From: an uncultured Candidatus Solibacter sp.
GTDB taxonomy: Bacteria > Acidobacteriota > Terriglobia > Bryobacterales > Bryobacteraceae
Reading direction: 5' to 3'
Assembly (NCBI GenBank): GCA_964558355.1
Contig: CAZLDN010000005.1
Span: forward strand, 10,818-74,817
Length of the DNA stretch: 64,000 nt
Below are positions 56,925 through 64,000 of this stretch, piece by piece (position 1 is the stretch's first letter; each line of letters opens with the position of its first letter). The notes under the pieces were generated by a model. The model saw only the letters and a program-made list of their open reading frames with translations, did not search any database and was not told the origin of the DNA. The position numbers and the translations under genes were made by a program.

Positions 56925-59687
56925 CTAATCAACTTTACCGTTTCCTAGCGCCTTCGCAAGCGCCCGCCCAGTATGGCTCCGCTTCGTCGCCGCCACGTCT
57001 TCAGGCGTGCCCGCCACCACCACGTGCCCACCGCCTTCGCCACCCTCCGGCCCAAGGTCGATCACCCAATCGGCCGATTTGATCACGTCCATCTGATGCT
57101 CGATCACCAACACCGTATTGCCCAAATCCACCAGCCGGTTCAGCACATCCAACAGCTTCCTTATATCCTCGAAATGCAGACCCGTCGTCGGCTCGTCCAG
57201 AATGTATAGCGTCCTGCCCGTCTGGCGTTTGCTCAACTCCTTCGCCAGCTTGATCCGTTGCGCTTCGCCCCCCGACAAAGTCGTCGCCGGCTGGCCCAGG
57301 TGCAGATACCCCAACCCAACCTCCACTAGCGTCGCCAGCTTCGGCTTGATGTGCGGGAAGTTGCCCAGCAACTCAACCGAATCCTCCACCGTCGTCTCCA
57401 GCAGTCCCGCGATCGAGACGCCGTTGTACTTCACCTGCATCGTCTCCGTGTTGTACCGCTTACCCCTGCATACGTCGCACGGCACAAACACGTCCGGCAG
57501 GAAGTTCATCTCAATCCGCTTCAGCCCGTCGCCCTGGCACGCCTCGCACCGTCCGCCCTTTACGTTGAAGCTGAACCGGCCCGCCTTGTACCCGCGCTCC
57601 CGCGATTCCGGCAACATCGCATACAAATCTCGAATCGGGGTGAACACCCCCGTATACGTCGCCGGATTCGACCTCGGCGACCTCCCGATCGGCGCCTGGT
57701 CGATCTCGATTACCTTATCGATCAACTCCAACCCGTCCACCCCATCGCAATCGCCCGGCATCGCCTTCGACCTGTAAATCGCCTTAGCCAGCGCACGGTA
57801 CAGCAGGTCATGCACCAGCGTCGATTTGCCGCTCCCGCTCACCCCGGTCACCACCGTCAGCGTCCCCAACGGGAACGCCGCGTCGATGCTCTTCAGGTTG
57901 TGCTCCCGTGCCCCCCGCACCACCAGACTCCCGCCATTGCCCCGCCGCCGATACTCCGGCGCTTCCAGTTTTCGCGCCCCGCTCAAGTACTGCCCCGTGA
58001 GTGATCGCGCCACCCGCTCGATCTGCTTCGGCGTCCCGCTTGCCACCACTTCGCCGCCCAACCGCCCAGCGCCCGGGCCGAGATCGATCACGTAATCGGC
58101 CCGTTCGATCGTCTCCTCGTCGTGCTCGACCACCAACACCGTGTTGCCCAATTCCCGCAGCCGTTCGAGCGTGTCCAGTAACCGCCCGTTATCTCTCGGA
58201 TGCAGGCCAATCGACGGTTCATCCAGCACATAAAGGACGCCCCGCAGCTTCGACCCGATCTGAGTCGCCAGCCTGATCCGCTGCGCCTCTCCACCCGACA
58301 GCGTCGCCGACGACCGGCTCAGACTCAAATAGTCCAACCCCACCTGCGTCAGAAACTCCAACCGGTTCCTCACCTCTTCCACGATCCGCGCCGCAACCTG
58401 CCGCTCCCGCTCGGTCAGCGTCCAACTTCGTGCAGTCTCCAGCGCCCGCGCAATGGGCAGATTCGTGAACTCGCCAATCCCAACCCCCTTCATCCTTACC
58501 GCCGAGCTTGACGCCTTCAGCCTCTGCCCGCCGCACGCCGCGCACCGCGTCGCCGACATGAAATCCAGCAGATACTCTCGAGTTCTTTCCGAATACTCGC
58601 AGAACGCCCGGTTCAGCATCCCGATGATGCCCGGAAAGTCGCCCGCGCCCTCAACCAGCGTTGTCTGCTGCTTCGCTTTCAACTCCTCAAATGGCTTGTC
58701 TATGTTAATCTTCAGCCGCTTCGCCGCCGTCGCCACTGCCTGCTGCATCAGCGACGAACTCCCGCCCGGCCCCAGCCCGCCGTCAAACAGCGGCTTCGAC
58801 GCGTCCACAATCACCTTCTCCGGATCGAACGCCCAAGCCGAACCCAGCCCGTGGCACTGCTCGCACGCCCCATACGGGCTGTTGAACGAGAATGACCGCG
58901 GCTCCAACTCCGGCACGCTCTCGCCGCAGTCCGGACACGCCATGTTCTGCGAATACATCCGCTCCGCGCCGTTCACCACCGCCACCATCACCAACCCGCC
59001 GGCCAGCTTCGTTGCCGTCTCGATCGATGCTTCCACCCGTTTCTCCATGCCGGCCTTCAACAGCAACCTGTCCACCACGACTTCGATCGTGTGGTTGCGC
59101 CGCTTGTCCAGCACGATCTCTTCATCCAATCCCCTCAACGTCCCGTCGATCCGTGCGCGCACAAACCCGGCCCGCGCATACTTCTCCAACTCTTTCTTGT
59201 ATTCACCCTTGCGCCCCCGGACCACCGGCGCCAGGATCATCACCCGCTCTTCCATCCCCAATGCGAGCACCTGCTCCAGAATCTGTTGCGTCGATTGCCG
59301 CGAGATCGGCGTCCCGCAGGTGGGACAATGCGGCTCCCCAATCGACGACCACAGCAATCTGAGGTAGTCGTAGATCTCCGTGATCGTCCCCACCGTCGAT
59401 CGCGGGCTGCGGTTCGTCGTCTTCTGCTCGATCGAAATCGCCGGACTCAAGCCGTCGATCGAGTCCACGTCCGGACGCTCCATCTGGTCCAGAAACTGCC
59501 GCGCATACGGCGACAGCGTCTCCACATACCGCCTCTGCCCCTCCGCGTAGATCGTGTCGAACGCCAGCGAAGACTTGCCCGATCCGCTCAGACCAGTGAT
59601 CACAGTCAACGAGTTCCGCGGAATCTCCACGCTGATGTTCTTCAGATTGTGCACCCGCGCCCCATGCACGGAGATGCTCTTAAGCAT
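56925..59687 (-). CDS. uvrA: Excinuclease ABC subunit A
   Basis: N-terminus [56 protein letters not shown]. Second Walker [10 protein letters not shown]. Zinc modules CPTCG and CEACQGDG. Confidence 0.97.
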   Translation of the reverse strand: MLKSISVHGARVHNLKNISVEIPRNSLTVITGLSGSGKSSLAFDTIYAEGQRRYVETLSPYARQFLDQMERPDVDSIDGLSPAISIEQKTTNRSPRSTVGTITEIYDYLRLLWSSIGEPHCPTCGTPISRQSTQQILEQVLALGMEERVMILAPVVRGRKGEYKKELEKYARAGFVRARIDGTLRGLDEEIVLDKRRNHTIEVVVDRLLLKAGMEKRVEASIETATKLAGGLVMVAVVNGAERMYSQNMACPDCGESVPELEPRSFSFNSPYGACEQCHGLGSAWAFDPEKVIVDASKPLFDGGLGPGGSSSLMQQAVATAAKRLKINIDKPFEELKAKQQTTLVEGAGDFPGIIGMLNRAFCEYSERTREYLLDFMSATRCAACGGQRLKASSSAVRMKGVGIGEFTNLPIARALETARSWTLTERERQVAARIVEEVRNRLEFLTQVGLDYLSLSRSSATLSGGEAQRIRLATQIGSKLRGVLYVLDEPSIGLHPRDNGRLLDTLERLRELGNTVLVVEHDEETIERADYVIDLGPGAGRLGGEVVASGTPKQIERVARSLTGQYLSGARKLEAPEYRRRGNGGSLVVRGAREHNLKSIDAAFPLGTLTVVTGVSGSGKSTLVHDLLYRALAKAIYRSKAMPGDCDGVDGLELIDKVIEIDQAPIGRSPRSNPATYTGVFTPIRDLYAMLPESRERGYKAGRFSFNVKGGRCEACQGDGLKRIEMNFLPDVFVPCDVCRGKRYNTETMQVKYNGVSIAGLLETTVEDSVELLGNFPHIKPKLATLVEVGLGYLHLGQPATTLSGGEAQRIKLAKELSKRQTGRTLYILDEPTTGLHFEDIRKLLDVLNRLVDLGNTVLVIEHQMDVIKSADWVIDLGPEGGEGGGHVVVAGTPEDVAATKRSHTGRALAKALGNGKVD

Positions 59688-60090
59688 GATCGCCGCCGCC
59701 CGCCGGTCCTCCAGCCTTCGCCCCGTCCCACCTCTTCTTTGCCCAGACGAGAATCCGCTTCGCCCACTTGAAGTGCTTCGCCAAAAGGATCAACCCGGGG
59801 ATCCCGAACATCCACCCCTGCAATACCGGGATCAGGCCGCCAATCAGGCCCAGCACGACCAGCACGATCCCTGCCGTGATTTCGACGATCTTTCTCAAGG
59901 GGGAATCCTTCAGTGTATCATCCACATCCCCACCCGCCGCCCGCACGCTTTCTGCCATGATTTCAACTACTTCCTCTTCAGATGCGCCCGCCAGGCTGCC
60001 CGTTGCCCGATCTGTGGCCAAGCCAGGCGGCTCTAGGACTACGTCAGAATTGTCTGGTACTAGTGATTGATCAGTAGTACTATGAGACAT
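59680..60090 (-). CDS. Small two-TM membrane protein (possibly PGPGW family), overlapping the uvrA start by 8 nt
   Basis: Segment [40 protein letters not shown]. The start is uncertain: ATG 60090, or ATG 59958 (MAESVR...). Confidence 0.5.
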   Translation of the reverse strand: MSHSTTDQSLVPDNSDVVLEPPGLATDRATGSLAGASEEEVVEIMAESVRAAGGDVDDTLKDSPLRKIVEITAGIVLVVLGLIGGLIPVLQGWMFGIPGLILLAKHFKWAKRILVWAKKRWDGAKAGGPAGGGDHA

Positions 60091-60119
60091 TGATCGCGCT
60101 AGGTGATTTGCCTTAGATT
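60090..60119 (+). promoter_or_regulatory. Candidate sigma70-type promoter of the PilZ gene (-35 TTGATC, 18-nt spacer, -10 TAGATT)
   Basis: TTGATC at 60090-60095 and TAGATT at 60114-60119. The ATG at 60130 is 10 nt downstream of the -10 box. Confidence 0.35.
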
Positions 60120-60129
60120 GGGAACGGCG

Positions 60130-60435
60130 ATGGAACAGCGAAAATCACAACGGTTTGAACTTAAGCTCCCCGTGGAGTTGACACGTGCGGGCGTCCGGAA
60201 AGTCTCAATCGCCGGCGAGACCCGCAACGTCAGCTCCGGCGGCGTCCTCTTTACCAACCCGGAGATCCCACTCGAAATCGGCCAGCCCGTCGAGTACTTC
60301 ATCAGCCTGCCAACAGGTCGCCGTATTGGCGACGTCCGCCTCCGTTGCATGGGCAAGGTCGTGCGCCACGACAAGGAGATCCACTCCTTCGCCGCCACCC
60401 TCGAACGCTACGAGTTCGTCCGAACCAGCCTTTAG
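60130..60435 (+). CDS. PilZ-domain protein (putative c-di-GMP receptor)
   Basis: N-terminus MEQRKSQRFELKLPVEL (RxxxR-type) and ETRNVSSGGVLF (D/NxSxxG). Confidence 0.75.
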   Translation: MEQRKSQRFELKLPVELTRAGVRKVSIAGETRNVSSGGVLFTNPEIPLEIGQPVEYFISLPTGRRIGDVRLRCMGKVVRHDKEIHSFAATLERYEFVRTSL

Positions 60436-60489
60436 CGGCCCCTCCAAAGTTCGCTCAACAAGTATCGGAAGGCGGACGCCCTCGTCCGC

Positions 60490-60510
60490 GCCGGACCCCC
60501 TTGGTCCGGC
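60490..60510 (+). terminator. GC-rich hairpin 55 nt after the PilZ stop (possible terminator, no U-tract)
   Basis: GCCGGACC-ccctt-GGTCCGGC, an 8-bp perfect stem. Confidence 0.33.
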
Positions 60511-60682
60511 TCCATCGGAGTGGCGCAATTGGCGCATATTCCGGGGTGAGAGCACTCGCGCCGTCGGGCCACCTGAAGCGCCAGTCGCAATCCATGGACA
60601 TCGCCTCTTGCCGGTCGCTTCACATTCCCCTTCCCCCTCCTGTCATTGTGAGCTAGAATCATAGCAAATAAAAGGCGAAGAG

Positions 60683-63064
60683 GTGCGTGTGAACCTGTCC
60701 CTCGAATTCCCCGACCCCAAGAAGTCCGAATCCCTCTCCCTGGCCCGCCGCGCCGGTCTCGATGCCACCATCGCCCGCCTCCAGGCCTCCATGGAAGAGC
60801 CTGACTCCCCAATCCGCGCCATCCGCCACCAACCCGCCTCCGAAGGCCAATTTGAAGACATCCCCGCCGAAATCTCCGATCAGCTTCGCAAGGTCCTGAA
60901 CGAACGCGGCATCGGCCGCCTCTACACCCATCAGGCCGACAGCCACCGCGGACTCGCCGCTGGCCGCAACGTCGTCGTCGTCACCCCCACCGCCAGCGGC
61001 AAGACGCTCTGCTACAACCTGCCCGTCCTTGACCGCATCCTCCGCTCGCCCGAAGCCCGGGCCATGTATCTCTTTCCAACCAAAGCGCTTGCCGAGGACC
61101 AACTGCATGAGTTCCATGCCATGGTCGAGGCCATGGGTTCCGGTATCCGTGCTTTTACATATGACGGAGACACCCCCCAGGATGCCCGCAAACAGATCCG
61201 GGAACGCGCCAACGTCGTCCTCACAAACCCCGACATGCTCCACGCCGGCATCCTGCCGCACCATACCAAGTGGGCCAAGCTCTTCGAAAACCTTCGCTTC
61301 ATCGTCATCGACGAACTGCACTATTACCGCGGTGTCTACGGCAGCCATTTCGCCAACGTGATCCGCCGCCTCAAGCGTATTTGCGCTTTCTATGGCGCCA
61401 CGCCCCAGTTCATCTGCTGCTCGGCAACCATCGCCAACCCCCGCCCCTTGGCCGAGGCTCTCACCGGCGAGCAGTTCCACCTGGTCGATAGAAACGGCGC
61501 CCCGACCGGAGAGAAGTACTTTGTTTTCTACAATCCTCCTGTTGTCAACCGCCAACTCGGCATCCGCCGCGGCTACCTCAACGAAACCCGCCGCATCGCC
61601 ACCGACCTCGTCACCCGCAGCCAACAGACCCTCGTTTTCGCCAACAACCGCCTCGCCACCGAGGTCCTGCTGACCTATCTGAAGGACTCCTGTGGCCGCC
61701 CGCCCGCCCATCCTGACAGCGTCCGCGGCTACCGCGGCGGCTACCTCCCCCGCGAACGCCGCGACATCGAACGCGGCCTCCGCGATGGCGACATCCGCTG
61801 CGTGGTCGCCACCAACGCCCTCGAACTTGGCATCGACATCGGCTCGCTTGATGTCGTCGTCATGGCCGGTTACCCCGGCACAATCGCCTCCACCTGGCAG
61901 CGCGCTGGCCGCGCCGGCCGCCGCATGACGACCTCGCTTTCTCTGCTTGTCGCCAGTTCCGCGCCCCTCGACCAGTACATTGTCGAGCATCCGGAATACT
62001 TCTTCGAGAGCTCGCCCGAACACGCCCACATCAATCCGGACAACCTGGAGATACTGATAAACCATTTGAAATGTGCGGCTTTTGAACTGCCAGTCAAGGA
62101 TGACGAGCCTTTCGGCCCGCATCCCGCCGGTGAACTTTGCAAGTTCCTCGAAGAGGTCGGCGTCCTCCACCACTCCGGCGGCGCCTGGCATTGGACCTCA
62201 GACACCTACCCGGCCGACGCCATCAGCCTTCGTTCCGTCACCAGCGACAACTTCGTCGTCATAGATATTACAAATGAAGCAAATGTGATCGCCATCGTCG
62301 CCTTTCCCGCTGCCCTCGTCGAGCTCCACGAAAAAGCGATCTATCTTCACGAAGCTCGCCAGTATCAAGTCGAGAAGATGGACTACGACCAGCGCAAAGC
62401 CTACGTCCGTCGGGTCGAATGCGACTATTTCACCGACGCCATTGACTACACCCAGGTCAAGATCCTGGAGATCTTCGAATCCTGCCCCGTAGCCGAAGCG
62501 CGCGCCGCTCACGGCGAAGTCCGGGTCAACCGCCAGATCGTCGGATTCAAGAAAATCAAGTTCTACACGATGGAAAATATCGGTGCCGGAGCGCTCTCCC
62601 TGCCCGAGCAGGAGATGCACACGACCTCGTATTATCTACACTTTACACCGGAGTTTCTGGCCCGCCTGCCCCACCTGAGCCCCACTGACCGCCTGAACGC
62701 CCTCACTGGCCTCGGCAACGCCTTCCGCACCGTCGCCGCCCTGTTGCTGATGTGTGATCCAAGGGACCTGGGCATCGCCCTGACTGAAGAATTCGGCCAA
62801 CCCGTCGCCGGATTCGAGCCAAATCTACATTTGTACGACAACTACCCCGGCGGCATCGGCCAAAGCGCCCCGCTCTACCAGATGACGGACCAACTCCTGG
62901 CCGGAGCCTACGACCTCATCGCCCACTGCTCCTGCGAAGCTGGCTGTCCCTCCTGTGTCGGCCCCGCCGGAGAGACCGGTGCCGGAGCCAGACAGGCGGG
63001 CCTCGATATCCTCCGAATGCTCCTCGGTGCGCAGGCGGAAGCCGTTCAAACTACAAGCCTTTGA
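60683..63064 (+). CDS. DEAD/DEAH-box helicase with a C-terminal DUF1998/MrfA-type zinc domain (YprA/MrfA-like)
   Basis: Motifs VVVTPTASGKTLCYNLP (motif I), IVIDELHYYRG (DExH), CCSATI and WQRAGRAGRR (motif VI). C-terminal zinc cluster HCSCEAGCPSCV. GTG start. Confidence 0.88.
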   Translation: MRVNLSLEFPDPKKSESLSLARRAGLDATIARLQASMEEPDSPIRAIRHQPASEGQFEDIPAEISDQLRKVLNERGIGRLYTHQADSHRGLAAGRNVVVVTPTASGKTLCYNLPVLDRILRSPEARAMYLFPTKALAEDQLHEFHAMVEAMGSGIRAFTYDGDTPQDARKQIRERANVVLTNPDMLHAGILPHHTKWAKLFENLRFIVIDELHYYRGVYGSHFANVIRRLKRICAFYGATPQFICCSATIANPRPLAEALTGEQFHLVDRNGAPTGEKYFVFYNPPVVNRQLGIRRGYLNETRRIATDLVTRSQQTLVFANNRLATEVLLTYLKDSCGRPPAHPDSVRGYRGGYLPRERRDIERGLRDGDIRCVVATNALELGIDIGSLDVVVMAGYPGTIASTWQRAGRAGRRMTTSLSLLVASSAPLDQYIVEHPEYFFESSPEHAHINPDNLEILINHLKCAAFELPVKDDEPFGPHPAGELCKFLEEVGVLHHSGGAWHWTSDTYPADAISLRSVTSDNFVVIDITNEANVIAIVAFPAALVELHEKAIYLHEARQYQVEKMDYDQRKAYVRRVECDYFTDAIDYTQVKILEIFESCPVAEARAAHGEVRVNRQIVGFKKIKFYTMENIGAGALSLPEQEMHTTSYYLHFTPEFLARLPHLSPTDRLNALTGLGNAFRTVAALLLMCDPRDLGIALTEEFGQPVAGFEPNLHLYDNYPGGIGQSAPLYQMTDQLLAGAYDLIAHCSCEAGCPSCVGPAGETGAGARQAGLDILRMLLGAQAEAVQTTSL

Positions 63065-64000
63065 TCTCCCTCGCGCCGCGTCACCCGCTCCCGGTCCAGG
63101 AACTCAAGCAGCGGAATCGCATACTTGCGCGACACCCCCGTCCACTCCTTAAACTCGCCCACACCAAACCGCGTCCCCTTCCGCTCAGCAATCGCCGCCT
63201 TCAGGGCTCCAATAGCCTCCGCGTGAAAGACCAGATCAGTGCTGATACGTATCAACGACTTTTGTCGTAATAAAGTCTGAAGCAGCGTCCGAGCCCGGTT
63301 CGCATCGATGCCCGAATCCCTCAAAACCTCGTTCACTGCCGGCACCGCCAACCCCGCGTCGCGAAACATCCTCTGCATCTTCGCCGTCGCCTCATCCTCG
63401 TCTGGCTGAAGCTGTGGCTTGAATGACGACAAATGCAGTAGATCGCCATCGGCGACGATTTCCTTCGTTCCGGCCAGCAGATACTCAAGCAAAGCGCCCT
63501 GGACCGGCGCAGCCACCTTCGGCATCCCAACTTCTATCGAATGTTGTTGATGATAAAGGGCTAAAGCCGTAAGGAGGTTCGTTTGGTCGGAGTCCAACCG
63601 GGCCTTGGAGACCAGGATTGGGGGCGTTGAAGGCACCGTCACAAGCCCGATCTCCGGAGCCAATCTGAGCAGTTCAGACCCGTTCAACCCAGTCCTGGCG
63701 ACCAACCCAGGCAAAGCCATTCCCCCCGCCGTCCCGTCCACGAACTCGAAGGCCCGTCCCTTCTCGTCCGTCTCCGCCAATCGTCGGAGTCGCTTCAGTG
63801 CTAGCGGCTTCCTCAATCGCAAAGGAGGCTGGTTGTCCAAAACCACCCCGCCCCCGATCGTCACCACCGGCGAGAACATCCGCGCAATGAACCTGTCTCC
63901 CGGGAGCAGCAGCAGCGGTTCTTTCAGCAGCATCCGGATCAGACTCCCCGATCCCGGCTCGACCGCGCCGGCTCCATCCAGCAACCGGACCTCCGCCTCG
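63046..64000 (-). CDS. selB: Selenocysteine-specific elongation factor, C-terminal part (N-terminus outside the window)
   Basis: LPGDRFIARMFSPVVTIGGGVVLDNQP (end of domain III) is followed by about 250 aa of winged-helix repeats ending EFLDRERVTRREGDQRLV. The reading frame stays open to the window edge. Confidence 0.82.
   Translation of the reverse strand, partial: EAEVRLLDGAGAVEPGSGSLIRMLLKEPLLLLPGDRFIARMFSPVVTIGGGVVLDNQPPLRLRKPLALKRLRRLAETDEKGRAFEFVDGTAGGMALPGLVARTGLNGSELLRLAPEIGLVTVPSTPPILVSKARLDSDQTNLLTALALYHQQHSIEVGMPKVAAPVQGALLEYLLAGTKEIVADGDLLHLSSFKPQLQPDEDEATAKMQRMFRDAGLAVPAVNEVLRDSGIDANRARTLLQTLLRQKSLIRISTDLVFHAEAIGALKAAIAERKGTRFGVGEFKEWTGVSRKYAIPLLEFLDRERVTRREGDQRLVV

Noticed and set aside
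60683-63064. DUF1998 helicase as part of a phage-defence system (DISARM / Druantia-like)
   Set aside because: It is a single gene of YprA/MrfA size and layout. There is no adjacent methyltransferase, PLD nuclease, DrmB/DruE-like partner or other defence gene; its neighbours are a PilZ gene and selB.
1-64000. tRNA, rRNA, CRISPR arrays, IS elements and integrases
   Set aside because: A scan by eye found no T-loop motifs (GGTTCGAATCC-like) outside coding sequence. It found no regularly spaced direct repeats and no transposase or integrase-like translations. The manual scan has limited sensitivity for tRNAs.

Overview
This is a high-GC bacterial chromosomal segment of about 55 protein-coding genes. 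I saw no rRNA, tRNA, CRISPR array, transposase or integrase. Several features point to an Acidobacterium of the Solibacter type, though this is inference, not a search result. They are tandem 'acidobacterial VWFA' proteins, orphan FtsX/MacB-type permeases without an ATPase, a subtilase with a Solibacter-type C-terminal Ig-like domain, and a prepilin-type pilin. Confident housekeeping genes are leuS, pyrG, kdsB, hemH, prfB (with its programmed +1 frameshift), tsaC/sua5, ribA, mtnA, uvrA and a partial selB. The centre of the window (28.6-37.5 kb) holds a six-gene type-IV-pilus-class (Pil-Chp / Pix-like) chemosensory operon with atypical parts. These are a TPR + zinc-ribbon + REC regulator, a CheW with a 345-aa acidic repeat-bearing extension, a triple-Hpt CheA-REC, a second CheW, and no CheR/CheB. 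It ends 16 nt from a convergent polysaccharide-export operon (TPR protein, Wzy/O-antigen-ligase-like, Wza-like, zinc-ribbon membrane protein). Other sequence-supported items follow. A cobalamin riboswitch lies ahead of a TonB-dependent receptor. A 21-50 bp dispersed repeat occurs at least 5 times, always on the + strand. Many consensus-like -10 boxes sit 6-12 nt from start codons, implying leaderless mRNAs. Two VWA genes are translationally coupled to a Trp/Arg-rich 66-aa ORF. An orphan LytS-type kinase sits next to two large S8 proteases. An AT-rich near-palindrome lies at the uvrA-operon / PilZ divergent region. All functional calls rest on motifs read by eye in the supplied translations; no database search was possible.
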